In this document: positions 34,878 through 45,424 of the stretch, piece by piece
Layout: each line of letters begins with the position of its first letter
Position numbering within the stretch: the stretch's first letter is position 1
NCBI GenBank assembly: GCA_020184695.1
Contig: JAANOX010000202.1
Coordinates: 72,493 to 136,492, forward strand
Origin: Histomonas meleagridis 2922-C6/04-290x
Lineage: Eukaryota > Protista > Parabasalia
Reading direction: 5' to 3'
DNA length: 64,000 nucleotides
Program-made: the position numbers and the translations under genes
Notes under the pieces: generated by a model
What the model was told of the DNA's origin: nothing
The model's database searches: none
The model's input: only the letters and a program-made list of their open reading frames with translations

Positions 34878-35462
34878 ATGAAAGATCATATACATTTTAC
34901 AAAACTCGTGTTTTGCGGAACTCCAAAATCGGGGAAATCGACAATTATTTCAAGAATTTTAGGTAAAAACACAATCAGCACTACAAATTATGGAATAACT
35001 TCATATCAACTTAACCTTGAGTCAGAAAATTTAAATTTCAGTATCTGGGATACGAGTGGAGATGGCCAATACCAAGATCTAATAAACCTAATTTTAAAAG
35101 GAGCCGATATTGTAATTATCGTATTTGATTTAGGGAAGAAAGAGAACACCGAATATATAAATTATTTAATGGACCAAACATTAATATATTCTGGCGAACC
35201 ATTACCACATTTTATCTTCATCGGAAATAAAATCGATTTACCAAGAAAGATCACAGATTCACAAATCAAAGAAATAATCGGAAAAGAATTTTATTTTGAG
35301 ACAAATGCATTAAAACACGAAGGAATTCATGAGTTTTTTACAAAGTTAATCGAATTATCAATTATTAGACAAAACGAATTCAAAACAAACTCAATTCATA
35401 AGGACATTTCTCTTAACCCAATTCGTATTGAAGAAAAAGCAATGAAAAGTCCATGTTGTTAA
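34878..35462 (+). CDS. Divergent Rab-like small GTPase
   Basis: GTPKSGKS, WDTSG, NKID, ETNA motifs; C-terminal CC. Confidence 0.85.
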   Translation: MKDHIHFTKLVFCGTPKSGKSTIISRILGKNTISTTNYGITSYQLNLESENLNFSIWDTSGDGQYQDLINLILKGADIVIIVFDLGKKENTEYINYLMDQTLIYSGEPLPHFIFIGNKIDLPRKITDSQIKEIIGKEFYFETNALKHEGIHEFFTKLIELSIIRQNEFKTNSIHKDISLNPIRIEEKAMKSPCC

Positions 35463-35482
35463 AAAAAAAATAAATAATTTAT

Positions 35483-37450
35483 TTAAACTTGTTGTAAGTT
35501 TATCTTATTAAATAATAAATCAATTTTACTTTTTGATAATTTTAATTCCGTTTTATAAAACTTTATGGAGACGTCATTCCATTCATCAATTTTTAATTCC
35601 AAATATAAATGTAATTGTTTCTTAAGTTCTTTCCGAAGAATTTTCCATTTGAAGTTCTTCTTAATACAATCTTTACATTTACTAATTGATTTCATTGTTA
35701 AATTTGGTAAATTTTCATTTAATTTATCAAACTTTTGTATCGTATGAGTTGGCTGAATTCGAATTAAATCAATATAAAAATATTTATTTTGTTTCCATAT
35801 ATTAATTTGTTCAAAAAATGTCCAAACATTTGACATATAATGTGATACTAATTCTTTAATAAATAACGAATGAACATTTTTTTGTGTTTCGATAATATGT
35901 TCATAAGAATTTTTAAGGATTCCGACGTTTAAGTTATTTTTTTTATTAAATGTTTTTAAAAAAGTATAAACATTGATAACGTTAAATATATTTTTCTTTA
36001 AAGTTGACATTTTGGAATCATTAAAAGTAATAATTTTATTAAGCATCGCATTAATTAATGATTCCGCATTTTTCTTTAGAATATCTTCATCAACGCCAAT
36101 ACATTTGGTTACAAATTGTATAATAAGTGATGGAACTGTTTTCGATGTAGTTAATTTATGGTTTTGGACATTATTTGTTTTTTCGATATATGACTTATAA
36201 TATTCGATATGTTTTTCCCATTTCTGTTTACTATATTCGATGATTTCAGTGAAATCATTTCCAAATGCCATTTTGATTATACTATAAGCTTTTAATGCAT
36301 AAAATGGACCAAGTAATGATATATTATCAATATAATCATCGAATTCTTTTGATAAATGAGAAGATATCATTTCATGTTTAGCCTTTTCAATTTCCCAATA
36401 TTCATTAAATGTTTTTTCTTCGATTTGTATTCGATCGATTAATTTCTTTGTTATTTTGATAAAGTTCTGAAGAAATAATGTTCGAGGTGATTCATCAGAA
36501 CCAAAATCGAGTATATATAATTGTGTATCTAATTGTTCATTTCCTAAAAACTTTTTTAACTCAATGTTTTCCATTCCGACGTCACCAAGAACTTCATAAT
36601 CGATTAATTTTTTTGCGCAATGTGAATATTCTTCGACAATATATTTATAAGAATCAGGATGAAAATTCTTAGCAAAATTTATAAAATTTATATAGGGATT
36701 TAATATTTGTAAAATTATATTTTTAGAAATAATTTCCTTTAGTCTTGAATTGTTTTTGTTTTCTTCATTATTAAAATTTTCGTTTTTATATTTTATTATT
36801 TGAGGAATATCTCGAAGTAATTGATGAATAAATTGCGTCGAAAAATTTGATACGAAATTTAATAATAATTTTTCAAGTAATGTTTTCTTTTGTTTGCAAC
36901 ATTGTTTCATGTTTATTAATATCTGGGGAATATCATTTGATAAATATTCATTATTAGCTTCAATTAATTTGTTATATAAATTTGTAAGTTGAGAAATATC
37001 TTCAAAATTTGGTTTCGTTAATGAATCTTTAATATCTTTTGGAATTGATGCGAATTCATAAATATTTTGTAAGTGTTTCAACGCCGCTTTTTTATTATGT
37101 ATATTTGCTTGATTTGGATATATCATTTTGAAGATTTTTTTGATTGATTCTTCATTGTCCCATTCAGGGGAAAATATTTTTAATATTTCATGTTCTATAT
37201 CTAATATTGTTTTAATGTGAATAAACGTCGATTTGAATTGAAGCATATGCTCAATGAGCATCGGCATTCGATTAAAATATTTATCATTTACATTCTTTTC
37301 AAGCATTGGAACAATTTCCTCTGGTGGAAGATGAAGAAGTTCTTTTGTTATTTTTTCATTTATATCGATATTTTGTTGTTCTTCATTTTTTGCTTCTTTT
37401 TGATTGTACAAACTTTTCTTCATATGTTTAGTCGGAATAACTTCACTCAT
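35483..37450 (-). CDS. Hypothetical helical protein, possibly a Sec3/Vps52-like tethering subunit
   Basis: 655-codon ATG ORF; family assignment is only a weak resemblance at the C-terminus. Confidence 0.45.
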   Translation of the reverse strand: MSEVIPTKHMKKSLYNQKEAKNEEQQNIDINEKITKELLHLPPEEIVPMLEKNVNDKYFNRMPMLIEHMLQFKSTFIHIKTILDIEHEILKIFSPEWDNEESIKKIFKMIYPNQANIHNKKAALKHLQNIYEFASIPKDIKDSLTKPNFEDISQLTNLYNKLIEANNEYLSNDIPQILINMKQCCKQKKTLLEKLLLNFVSNFSTQFIHQLLRDIPQIIKYKNENFNNEENKNNSRLKEIISKNIILQILNPYINFINFAKNFHPDSYKYIVEEYSHCAKKLIDYEVLGDVGMENIELKKFLGNEQLDTQLYILDFGSDESPRTLFLQNFIKITKKLIDRIQIEEKTFNEYWEIEKAKHEMISSHLSKEFDDYIDNISLLGPFYALKAYSIIKMAFGNDFTEIIEYSKQKWEKHIEYYKSYIEKTNNVQNHKLTTSKTVPSLIIQFVTKCIGVDEDILKKNAESLINAMLNKIITFNDSKMSTLKKNIFNVINVYTFLKTFNKKNNLNVGILKNSYEHIIETQKNVHSLFIKELVSHYMSNVWTFFEQINIWKQNKYFYIDLIRIQPTHTIQKFDKLNENLPNLTMKSISKCKDCIKKNFKWKILRKELKKQLHLYLELKIDEWNDVSIKFYKTELKLSKSKIDLLFNKINLQQV

Positions 37451-37719
37451 AAATTCTCGGTTCCAAAAACTATTTTGTTTTGAGGATGAAAACGATTCTT
37501 GTGACTTTGCGATAATTTACTTCTCGAGCAAAAAGAAAAACCATACAACTATTGTAAAACCTCAACATGTTGCAAACGCTTTTATTGTTTTTAACAATAT
37601 CAATACTTCATTAATATGTTTAATTCTCAAAACAAAATGAAAAAAATTTAATTGACATAAATGTGACCACAAATATTAAATCGGATTTTGCTCATTATAA
37701 AGCAGAAAGTAACGACAAT

Positions 37720-38085
37720 TATCCATTTTCCAAATATTTTGTTGATAATTATTCAGAACTTTCAAAGAATGACTTCATAAACAATGTATTAAAGAAGGAC
37801 ATAATCCAAAATCCGAAATGATGAAATAAAAAAACTTCAAGAAATATCTTCACTAACAAATTTTGACTTTAACCGACCACTTTATGAAAGATGTTCACTT
37901 ATTATATATAAAAATAATTTTACATTAATTGATTATGGCATTTTTTGGTTCAGTTAAATGTTTTAAATATTTATTTATGAATAATATAAAATTAACAAAT
38001 GCAATTGCAGTTGAAAACTTAGAGATAATTAATTTATGTGAACAATATAATTTATCATTTTGTAATACATATGAAACTCCAACAC
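37720..38085 (+). pseudogene. Fragment of a DUF3447-like/ankyrin family gene
   Basis: Broken homology to NYSELSKND, KEGHNP, KLQEISS, LYERCS, FFGSVKCFKYL, LCEQ segments of the other copies. Confidence 0.75.
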
Positions 38086-38103
38086 AACATTTGACAAATA
38101 ATT

Positions 38104-39687
38104 TTACCTCAGATTGAGCTGAGGTATTATGTTAAATCTTCTTCTTTTCATTGGCTGTGGTCGTTTTGGTGTTTCTTTGTTCTCATTTTGCGCTATTTTT
38201 TCTTCACTTATCTCAGCAACTTCTATTTTATCATATTCGTTATCATCCAAATCTGGAAGTTCATTTCTTTGTTGATCTATAAACTCCAAAATTTGTTTAT
38301 ATGACAAATATTTATCTTTTGGAATTTTATTAATTAAAAATTGTATTCTTTTATGCATTGTATAATTAATATTATTCGAAAATATATCATTTGATCTTTG
38401 GCCATTTATATAAAGAGTCAATGATGAAGAGAATGTATTTATAGTTAAAAAATCGAAAAATGAATTTGAAAGTTTTGAACTAATAACTTCTTCAAAGTTT
38501 TCTCCATTATGATGTACATTTATAGATTTTTTATCATTTTTATTTTCTTTTAATTCTTTAATTTTCGAAACTCTAAACAATGAATTATTTGCAATTAAAT
38601 CAGAATACAATGAATTTAATTGTCTAATTCTTAACGATGTTATATTTACATTTAATAATTTAATATTAATCACTACAATTGGTAATTTATCTTTATCTGC
38701 ATTCATAAGAAGTGATTTTGCTTCTTCTTTTATTAGATCGATATGATCATTAATATCCCAATTAATTTTATGTTCAATTTTTAATACTTTATATAGAAAT
38801 TTTCTTGTTTCCATTAGTGTAATTGGTTTAAATTTAAATGTTCCATCTTGAAATACATCCAAAATTATCATTGATCTTTCAGTACATTCTTTTTTAGTAT
38901 ATTTAGTAAATATCGTTGATCCAGGCTGCATTATTTTTACTCCATTTACTTCAGTTATGTTTACTCTATTTTCATGTTCATGGCCCCATACAATTAAATC
39001 AATAAATGGGAAATTTTTTGTAATTATTTCTTCATTACTTAATACTTTCGAATTCCTTGAAATCCGATTTTGATGTAATAAAAGAATTGAAAATGTTCGT
39101 TTTTCACTATCATTTTCTGGTTGAATTAATTTAATTTTCTCATTTGTTAATTTGTTATTAAATGAACTATCGATAATATAATTGATTCCATATATATAAA
39201 TATCAATTCCATTTCGAGTTATTACCACAGGTTCAATGATAATTATATTATTTACTTCTTTGTTGGAAAAACAATACACTAAACCATTGGATGCAAGGAG
39301 ATCGCATGGACCATATCGTGGAATTCCAATTGGTTCATCATGATTTCCATATATAAGAAAGAAAGGAATTCGATCAATCTCATTGTTCTGTAAAAAGTCT
39401 TTTGATATTTGACTTAAACCTGATGTATTTGTAATTGTAACTCTATTTTCTATTGGATAATCATATGAACGAATTAATTTCGTTAGGTTGATTTGTGATT
39501 GAAGACTCGGATTCCTTGAATCATATAAATCACCAGAATGTAAAATTACATCTGATTCTTCACTTTCGGAGATTTCTAAAACTTCACTAAATGCTTCAAA
39601 TGAATCATTCGCTAATTTAGGATCATTCTCTTTATAGCCTATATGCGTGTCAGTAAAAATAGTTAATCGAATTTTGTCTGACTGCAA
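38104..39687 (-). CDS. MRE11: MRE11 nuclease
   Basis: TDTHIGY, GDLYD, GNHD, LHQNR, WGHEHE, QPGS phosphoesterase motifs; no in-frame ATG upstream (TTG). Confidence 0.85.
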   Translation of the reverse strand: MQSDKIRLTIFTDTHIGYKENDPKLANDSFEAFSEVLEISESEESDVILHSGDLYDSRNPSLQSQINLTKLIRSYDYPIENRVTITNTSGLSQISKDFLQNNEIDRIPFFLIYGNHDEPIGIPRYGPCDLLASNGLVYCFSNKEVNNIIIIEPVVITRNGIDIYIYGINYIIDSSFNNKLTNEKIKLIQPENDSEKRTFSILLLHQNRISRNSKVLSNEEIITKNFPFIDLIVWGHEHENRVNITEVNGVKIMQPGSTIFTKYTKKECTERSMIILDVFQDGTFKFKPITLMETRKFLYKVLKIEHKINWDINDHIDLIKEEAKSLLMNADKDKLPIVVINIKLLNVNITSLRIRQLNSLYSDLIANNSLFRVSKIKELKENKNDKKSINVHHNGENFEEVISSKLSNSFFDFLTINTFSSSLTLYINGQRSNDIFSNNINYTMHKRIQFLINKIPKDKYLSYKQILEFIDQQRNELPDLDDNEYDKIEVAEISEEKIAQNENKETPKRPQPMKRRRFNIIPQLNLR

Positions 39688-40037
39688 AATTTTTAATTAA
39701 GTTTGATGTGATGTTTGATGTTGAGTGACCGTTAATTTAAATTTTGAACTTTTTTTGTATAAACATATAAAATTATGATTTCTCTCTTTGTTATTATACA
39801 AGGTGAGGCAAATGAAGGTGTTTGTAGCAAAAAGATTTGATTTATTTTGAAAAATAATAATTAATGTATTGAAATTTTTAAGTTAAATATATGTAACCCA
39901 AATAATTATATCAGAGGATTTCCTTTTTAGTGTGTCATTTGTTTTATATTATGTTATTTGTTTTTAGACTTACAAATTATGTTTTCTGTAATTTCACATT
40001 CTAATTATTTTTAGGGCCACCCCATACTTCGCCAAAA

Positions 40038-41648
40038 ATGTTGGGCAAAGAGCAGAACACTCCACCCGCCAATCCTTATGATTTCCAAGGTTGGATGGAC
40101 TGCATATCAAAGATTGATATATCGCAGAGTGCCAATATTTCTAAGCAAGAATATGATACAAATGTTAAAATTTTTCATGATTTCTTAACAACATTTCCAT
40201 GTCTTTACAATTATTGGGTAAAGTATGCTTCTCTTATATGGGCTGGTAGTGATAGTTATGAAGAAGTTCAAAAAATCTTTAATATGGCTCTCGAAACAAA
40301 TTTACGTCATTCTGTTGAAATGTGGTCCGAAATCATTAAGTTCTATCAAAGCCATTATACTCAATCTGAAATGCCACAGCTCCGTTTTGTTTATGGGGAA
40401 GCTCTTGATGCTGTGGGTCATAATTTCAAGTCTGGAATTCTTTGGCGTCAAGCGATTGACTTTGAGGTCAGTCTTAACAAGAGCCCATACTTTCTTTTAG
40501 CCAAAGCCATTACTAATCCCATCATTAATCTTCGAAATTTCTGGGAAGAACTCCAAAATTTGCTTCCACGTATTCCATTACATGAATTAACACAATTTGA
40601 TCCCAACAAGAGTGTATCCGAGCTTCTTAAAATCGATATTTTTATGACTGGTGACTCGTCAGATGATCAAACCATTCGTTCCAATATTACACAAGACCTC
40701 ACTGCATTATATAACAAATCACTTGACTCATATTCAAATCGTGTGTATTATGAAAACTCTATCACTCGTACATATTTTCATTTTCTATCACCAGATGAAG
40801 CTCAAATCAGTAATTGGGAGTCATATATCAATGAATTCGAAACTCTTTTTTACAAAGATATGAATGAAGATCGTCTTAATGATGTTATAGAACTATATGA
40901 ACGCGCATTAATTCCATGTAATTATATTGAATCGATCTGGATTGAATATGCCAACTTCATTGAGTCAGTGACGATCATTGATGGCGTTTCATTATCACGC
41001 GATATCTATAAGCGAATTCCATATCATATAATTCCACATGCGAAAATTCTTTATGCAGAATTTGAAGAAGAATATAACAATGAAAATGCCGAAGCATTAT
41101 ATACCGAAATGTCTGAATCAGATTATGCTGAACAAGTTATAACATCCGCATGTTATTATAAGCGAACAAATCGTATTGATGTATCATTAACAGTTTTAAG
41201 GAATTCGCGCGATAAAATGTTACAAAACAATGACATCGAAGGCGCAGCTGTTATAGCTACGGCATTACTTGAGTTATATGGTGAAGAATCAGATATAATA
41301 TATTCGACAACTTATTTGTTGAAATTTATTAAGAAACTTATCGACGAAAATAAATTCGATGACGCAAATCAATTGCTGTTTAGCGTGACACAAGGTGAAA
41401 ACGCCGAAAAGATTTTGATCGAAGATAGATTGCCTTTGATACAAATTTACATCGAGTGCTGCCGAATGTGGGGAGTCGACGCAAACTTTCAGCTCAACCT
41501 CGAAATGACGTACAATAAGCTGAAGAATAAAATGATGTGGCACAAGGAATACTTCAAGCAAACAGAACTAAACAAAAGAAAACCACCTGAGAAAAGATTA
41601 GAAAATTGGATCGATTACCAGAAAAATCTGAATAAAATGATAAGCTGA
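40038..41648 (+). CDS. PRP39: PRP39-like HAT-repeat protein
   Basis: FL..FP.LYNYW.KYA, AL.AVG..F.S..LW, LYERAL.PC..Y..IW..YA HAT motifs. Confidence 0.7.
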   Translation: MLGKEQNTPPANPYDFQGWMDCISKIDISQSANISKQEYDTNVKIFHDFLTTFPCLYNYWVKYASLIWAGSDSYEEVQKIFNMALETNLRHSVEMWSEIIKFYQSHYTQSEMPQLRFVYGEALDAVGHNFKSGILWRQAIDFEVSLNKSPYFLLAKAITNPIINLRNFWEELQNLLPRIPLHELTQFDPNKSVSELLKIDIFMTGDSSDDQTIRSNITQDLTALYNKSLDSYSNRVYYENSITRTYFHFLSPDEAQISNWESYINEFETLFYKDMNEDRLNDVIELYERALIPCNYIESIWIEYANFIESVTIIDGVSLSRDIYKRIPYHIIPHAKILYAEFEEEYNNENAEALYTEMSESDYAEQVITSACYYKRTNRIDVSLTVLRNSRDKMLQNNDIEGAAVIATALLELYGEESDIIYSTTYLLKFIKKLIDENKFDDANQLLFSVTQGENAEKILIEDRLPLIQIYIECCRMWGVDANFQLNLEMTYNKLKNKMMWHKEYFKQTELNKRKPPEKRLENWIDYQKNLNKMIS

Positions 41649-41691
41649 TTTTTTCATTTTGGAATATTTACGAAAGTGTTTCGATATGCGA

Positions 41692-41850
41692 TCTCGATCA
41701 TGTTGGATACGGAGGCATATTCCGTGGATTTATACACTTAAATTCGAAAGTTCTTTGAGGACTTCTAATTGCACTCTCGATCATGTTGGATACGGAGGCA
41801 TATTCCGTAGATTTATACATTTAAATTCGAAAGTTCTTTGAGGACTTCTA
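41692..41850. repeat. 83-bp period tandem duplication
   Basis: tctcgatcatgttggatacgg...gaggacttcta at 41692-41767 and 41775-41850, two mismatches seen. Confidence 0.9.
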
Positions 41851-42092
41851 TTTGCTTCAATTGGATAAGGATTTGCAAAAAATCTGATTGTATGCAAAGC
41901 ACTATCAATTGTTTAGTGGATTGTTTAAGACTGAAATAAATTAAAAAAAAATGTTAAACAATGTATTTCCTTCTCTTTTAATAAAAAATTTCTTCATGAA
42001 TTTTTTTACATGTTGTTTGAAAATTATATTATTGCAATTTCATACTAAGTTTTATGAAGTCTTTTACTTGGATGGGTGGAGTACGTTAAAGG

Positions 42093-43436
42093 ATGACTGA
42101 TGTTTACAAAATTAAGCACCCTTGCTCACAAAATTGTTTTTATTTTGATGTAAGGAAAGGGACTTTTTTAGATCGCATGCCCAGTAATGCAAGAATAAAA
42201 CAAACACCAGTTTCGTTCCAAATTCCAATACCAGATTCAATGTTTCCCTGCTATCAAAAGAAAAAAGGATCATCACCTCAAATTATAGGAAACCCTCTTT
42301 TGGATGATCCAAAAATGACATCAGATTGTTATTATGAAATATCATATCTCCCACCAGATTTATTTATATTAGACTCACCATCTACCATTTATAACACACT
42401 CATAGGACTTTTAAATCGGAAGGCTTTAGGTAATCCAACTTCAGATCTTCATGAATTACTTTCACCACGAAATAATCTCATTTCTTCACTTTTAGAGGAG
42501 GTTGGCAATGAAGCATCACGTGCCATCAGTACCCATATTAACTCCTACTCTTCTCTTAGTCTTTTACAATTCCAACGAGATGAAAAACGGAAGTCAATTT
42601 TGTTATCACTATTTTCCATCTTACGACAAAATCGAGTTTTTGTAGACGAAGCTTATCTCCAGCTTATTAAATACACGAACACGCCCATTTATAGCAAGCA
42701 AATTGGACATGTTTGGGACATATTTATTTTTTTGATAACATTTTTTCGATCATCGCGTTTCTGGCGACTCATTCGTTCGTATCTTTTCATTGTTCTTCGG
42801 TATGAATTTATAGATGTCCGCATACGAAAGAAAGCGTTTATCTGTACAATTCGTGCTGGAATAAACGAAACTTTAGAATACAGTCAATCGAATGAAGAAG
42901 CTCTTCGAATTAAGACGATTGACACGAATTTGTTTTGTGTTCCACTTCAAGAAGTTTTATTTAAAGAGTCAATAATGGGATTTAACAACCAAACTAATGT
43001 TCCTATGTTAATACGTAATATTATTGAAAAATCACGTGCTTTAAATAATAAGAACTTAATTTATGATGCGATTTTGCAGAAAAATAATCTCGAAATTGTG
43101 ACCGAATTACCTTTTGTCTTTGAGTTTATTAGAAATCTTTTTGTTCCATTTTTGTCTTTAGATATAATGGTGGAGTTAGATACTAAAACACCAAGTTTTA
43201 AATGTTTGGAAATTGTAAATGAGTTAAATAACTGTGAAAGAGATTTTTTGTTCTATTTGATTGTGTTTTTAAAAGAAATTAAATCAGAGAAAAAGGAATA
43301 TGATAAAGTGTTGGATAAAATAGCTTGCGCAATGTTCCAAGTGGATGCTATATCAGATGACCAACAAAAATCAATAACAAGATTCATTACGATTTTGATA
43401 GAATATTGGGATGTAAATAATTTGTGTCAAATATAA
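42093..43436 (+). CDS. MyTH4 plus degenerate RhoGAP-domain protein (ARHGAP39-like)
   Basis: DEAYLQLIKYT (MyTH4), FCVPLQEV..NVPMLIRNII (RhoGAP start). Confidence 0.65.
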   Translation: MTDVYKIKHPCSQNCFYFDVRKGTFLDRMPSNARIKQTPVSFQIPIPDSMFPCYQKKKGSSPQIIGNPLLDDPKMTSDCYYEISYLPPDLFILDSPSTIYNTLIGLLNRKALGNPTSDLHELLSPRNNLISSLLEEVGNEASRAISTHINSYSSLSLLQFQRDEKRKSILLSLFSILRQNRVFVDEAYLQLIKYTNTPIYSKQIGHVWDIFIFLITFFRSSRFWRLIRSYLFIVLRYEFIDVRIRKKAFICTIRAGINETLEYSQSNEEALRIKTIDTNLFCVPLQEVLFKESIMGFNNQTNVPMLIRNIIEKSRALNNKNLIYDAILQKNNLEIVTELPFVFEFIRNLFVPFLSLDIMVELDTKTPSFKCLEIVNELNNCERDFLFYLIVFLKEIKSEKKEYDKVLDKIACAMFQVDAISDDQQKSITRFITILIEYWDVNNLCQI

Positions 43437-43873
43437 AATATATTATCATAAAAAGCGATTATTAATTTTTTTGTTTAGATTTTATTTTATTTTTTTATAA
43501 ATACTAAATCGAAAAAATAATGAAAAATTTTTACAAAATTTTAATTTCTGCCAAAACAAAAAGATACAATTTCTTTATATTGCGTTTGACTTCTATATAT
43601 GTTTTTCAAAGAATATTATGAAAGAAAATTTTAAAAGACAGATTTTTTTATTTTGAATAAACGTACGATCATTTATGTGAAGTGATTTTATTATATCGGA
43701 TCTTATTCCTTAAGCAACATGACTGTTTAAAGTAGATTAATCAAATTAATGCGTAAATCTTCTTCACGAATTAAGCGAATTACTATTTTAACTCAAAACA
43801 ATTTCATTTTTTTTAAACAAAAAATATAAAATCAGATACAACAAGTCGCTTGGATTTTACTACTCATTATAAT

Positions 43874-44833
43874 TTATTTATGCATATCACTAACAATGTC
43901 CTGGTCAGTAATTTCGAGTGCAGTAGTTTCATCTACAAAATTTTTCTTTGGTTTATAGAATCGAAGTAACAAGACAATTAAAGACACAAGGCTTATAATG
44001 AACACCAGAATGGTGATGAATATCATTGCTAAAGCAATTTTTTGATATTCTCTGTTCTCTCTTTTTGCATTTATATATTGCAAATTTGATTTGTCTCCTG
44101 GAGTTGTCCATTTGTAATTACCTAGACTTCCCTTAAGAGAAGAAAACAGTCCAACAGAGGCATTGTTGGAGAACTCGGTATCAAGTAATGTCATGGATCC
44201 AATAATTATATTAAACTCAACAGGTGTATATTTCGATGATGACATATGGATCATACCAGGGCTTGTAAAACTTACTGATTTGTTTTCTTTCGGAATGATA
44301 CTAACTTCTGTGTTATTATAATAATATAAGGTTAGACCTGTGTCTCTTGGATGGTCAAACTTTCTGGCATAAAACTTTGTGTTTTCTCCAAAATCAAAGA
44401 ATGCAGGATATCGTCTGGGGATTATGATATTTTGTCCTAGAAATTGACTTCCAGCTGTATCACCAATAAAACAGGCACTATCTTTATCATAACTTGTATG
44501 CCAAATGGATAAGGCGCAATCTTCTGAGAAACAACCTAATGTGAAGTTTGATAAAAAAATTTGTACACCTTCTCCAGGATTAACGTCTGGAAAATTATTC
44601 CATTGATACCCTAGATCTTCAGTAGTGATTTTAATAATGCCTTTATTTTTATTATGTAGATATATAGCAGTTTGCCCTTCATTAATTGTCGAAAAATTAA
44701 TTTTTGTGTCAACTTTCATGATGCACCTCGTGAAGTTTGGATTAGGACCAAAGGTTTCTGAACATATTCCCATGGAAAATGATAAAAAAGGAAAGATGGT
44801 GGAAACTATCGGAAACAACATAATAATTTGCAT
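43874..44833 (-). CDS. Hypothetical type I membrane protein
   Basis: Hydrophobic N-terminus from ATG 44833 and C-terminal TM IALAMIFITILVFIISLVSLIVLLL. Confidence 0.7.
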   Translation of the reverse strand: MQIIMLFPIVSTIFPFLSFSMGICSETFGPNPNFTRCIMKVDTKINFSTINEGQTAIYLHNKNKGIIKITTEDLGYQWNNFPDVNPGEGVQIFLSNFTLGCFSEDCALSIWHTSYDKDSACFIGDTAGSQFLGQNIIIPRRYPAFFDFGENTKFYARKFDHPRDTGLTLYYYNNTEVSIIPKENKSVSFTSPGMIHMSSSKYTPVEFNIIIGSMTLLDTEFSNNASVGLFSSLKGSLGNYKWTTPGDKSNLQYINAKRENREYQKIALAMIFITILVFIISLVSLIVLLLRFYKPKKNFVDETTALEITDQDIVSDMHK

Positions 44834-45424
44834 CAAATTGTTGACAAATAAATTTGAGAAGTTTGAGTGTGACACGAAAAAAAAATTAAATCTAAATTAA
44901 AAAATATTCATTATTGACTTATAATTCACCTTTAAAAAATTAATGCTTTACAAGTAAAATGAAATAAATAATATTGCTAGTTAATTCTATATAAATCAAT
45001 TAAAAATATATTTCATGAATTTTCAAAATTTTAAGAAATATCAAATCACATTCAACTTGATATGCATTTTATACATCACGAAGTTATTTATTTATCGCAA
45101 AAATTAAAAATTCACTTTCCCAAAATAACACATCGGAGAAATTCAATTCAAACGGTTTATGTCAGGCCATCGTCAAATCAACGATCAAAATAAATTCAAT
45201 TAGATATCGTTTCTGCAGAAATGAACTAAATCTCATACTTATCATAAAAGAAAGACATAAAAAATTAATGTAAAAGGTATGCAATATTTTATGTAATTGT
45301 ATTTTTATATCAAAAATATATAAATGCTCTTCTAAATTTGGTTCGATCTTTTTCTTCCAAGAAAACGTCAGAAAAAATGTTGTGAATTTTTCAATGCACT
45401 TCGCGGTTTGAGTTATTTTTGGAA

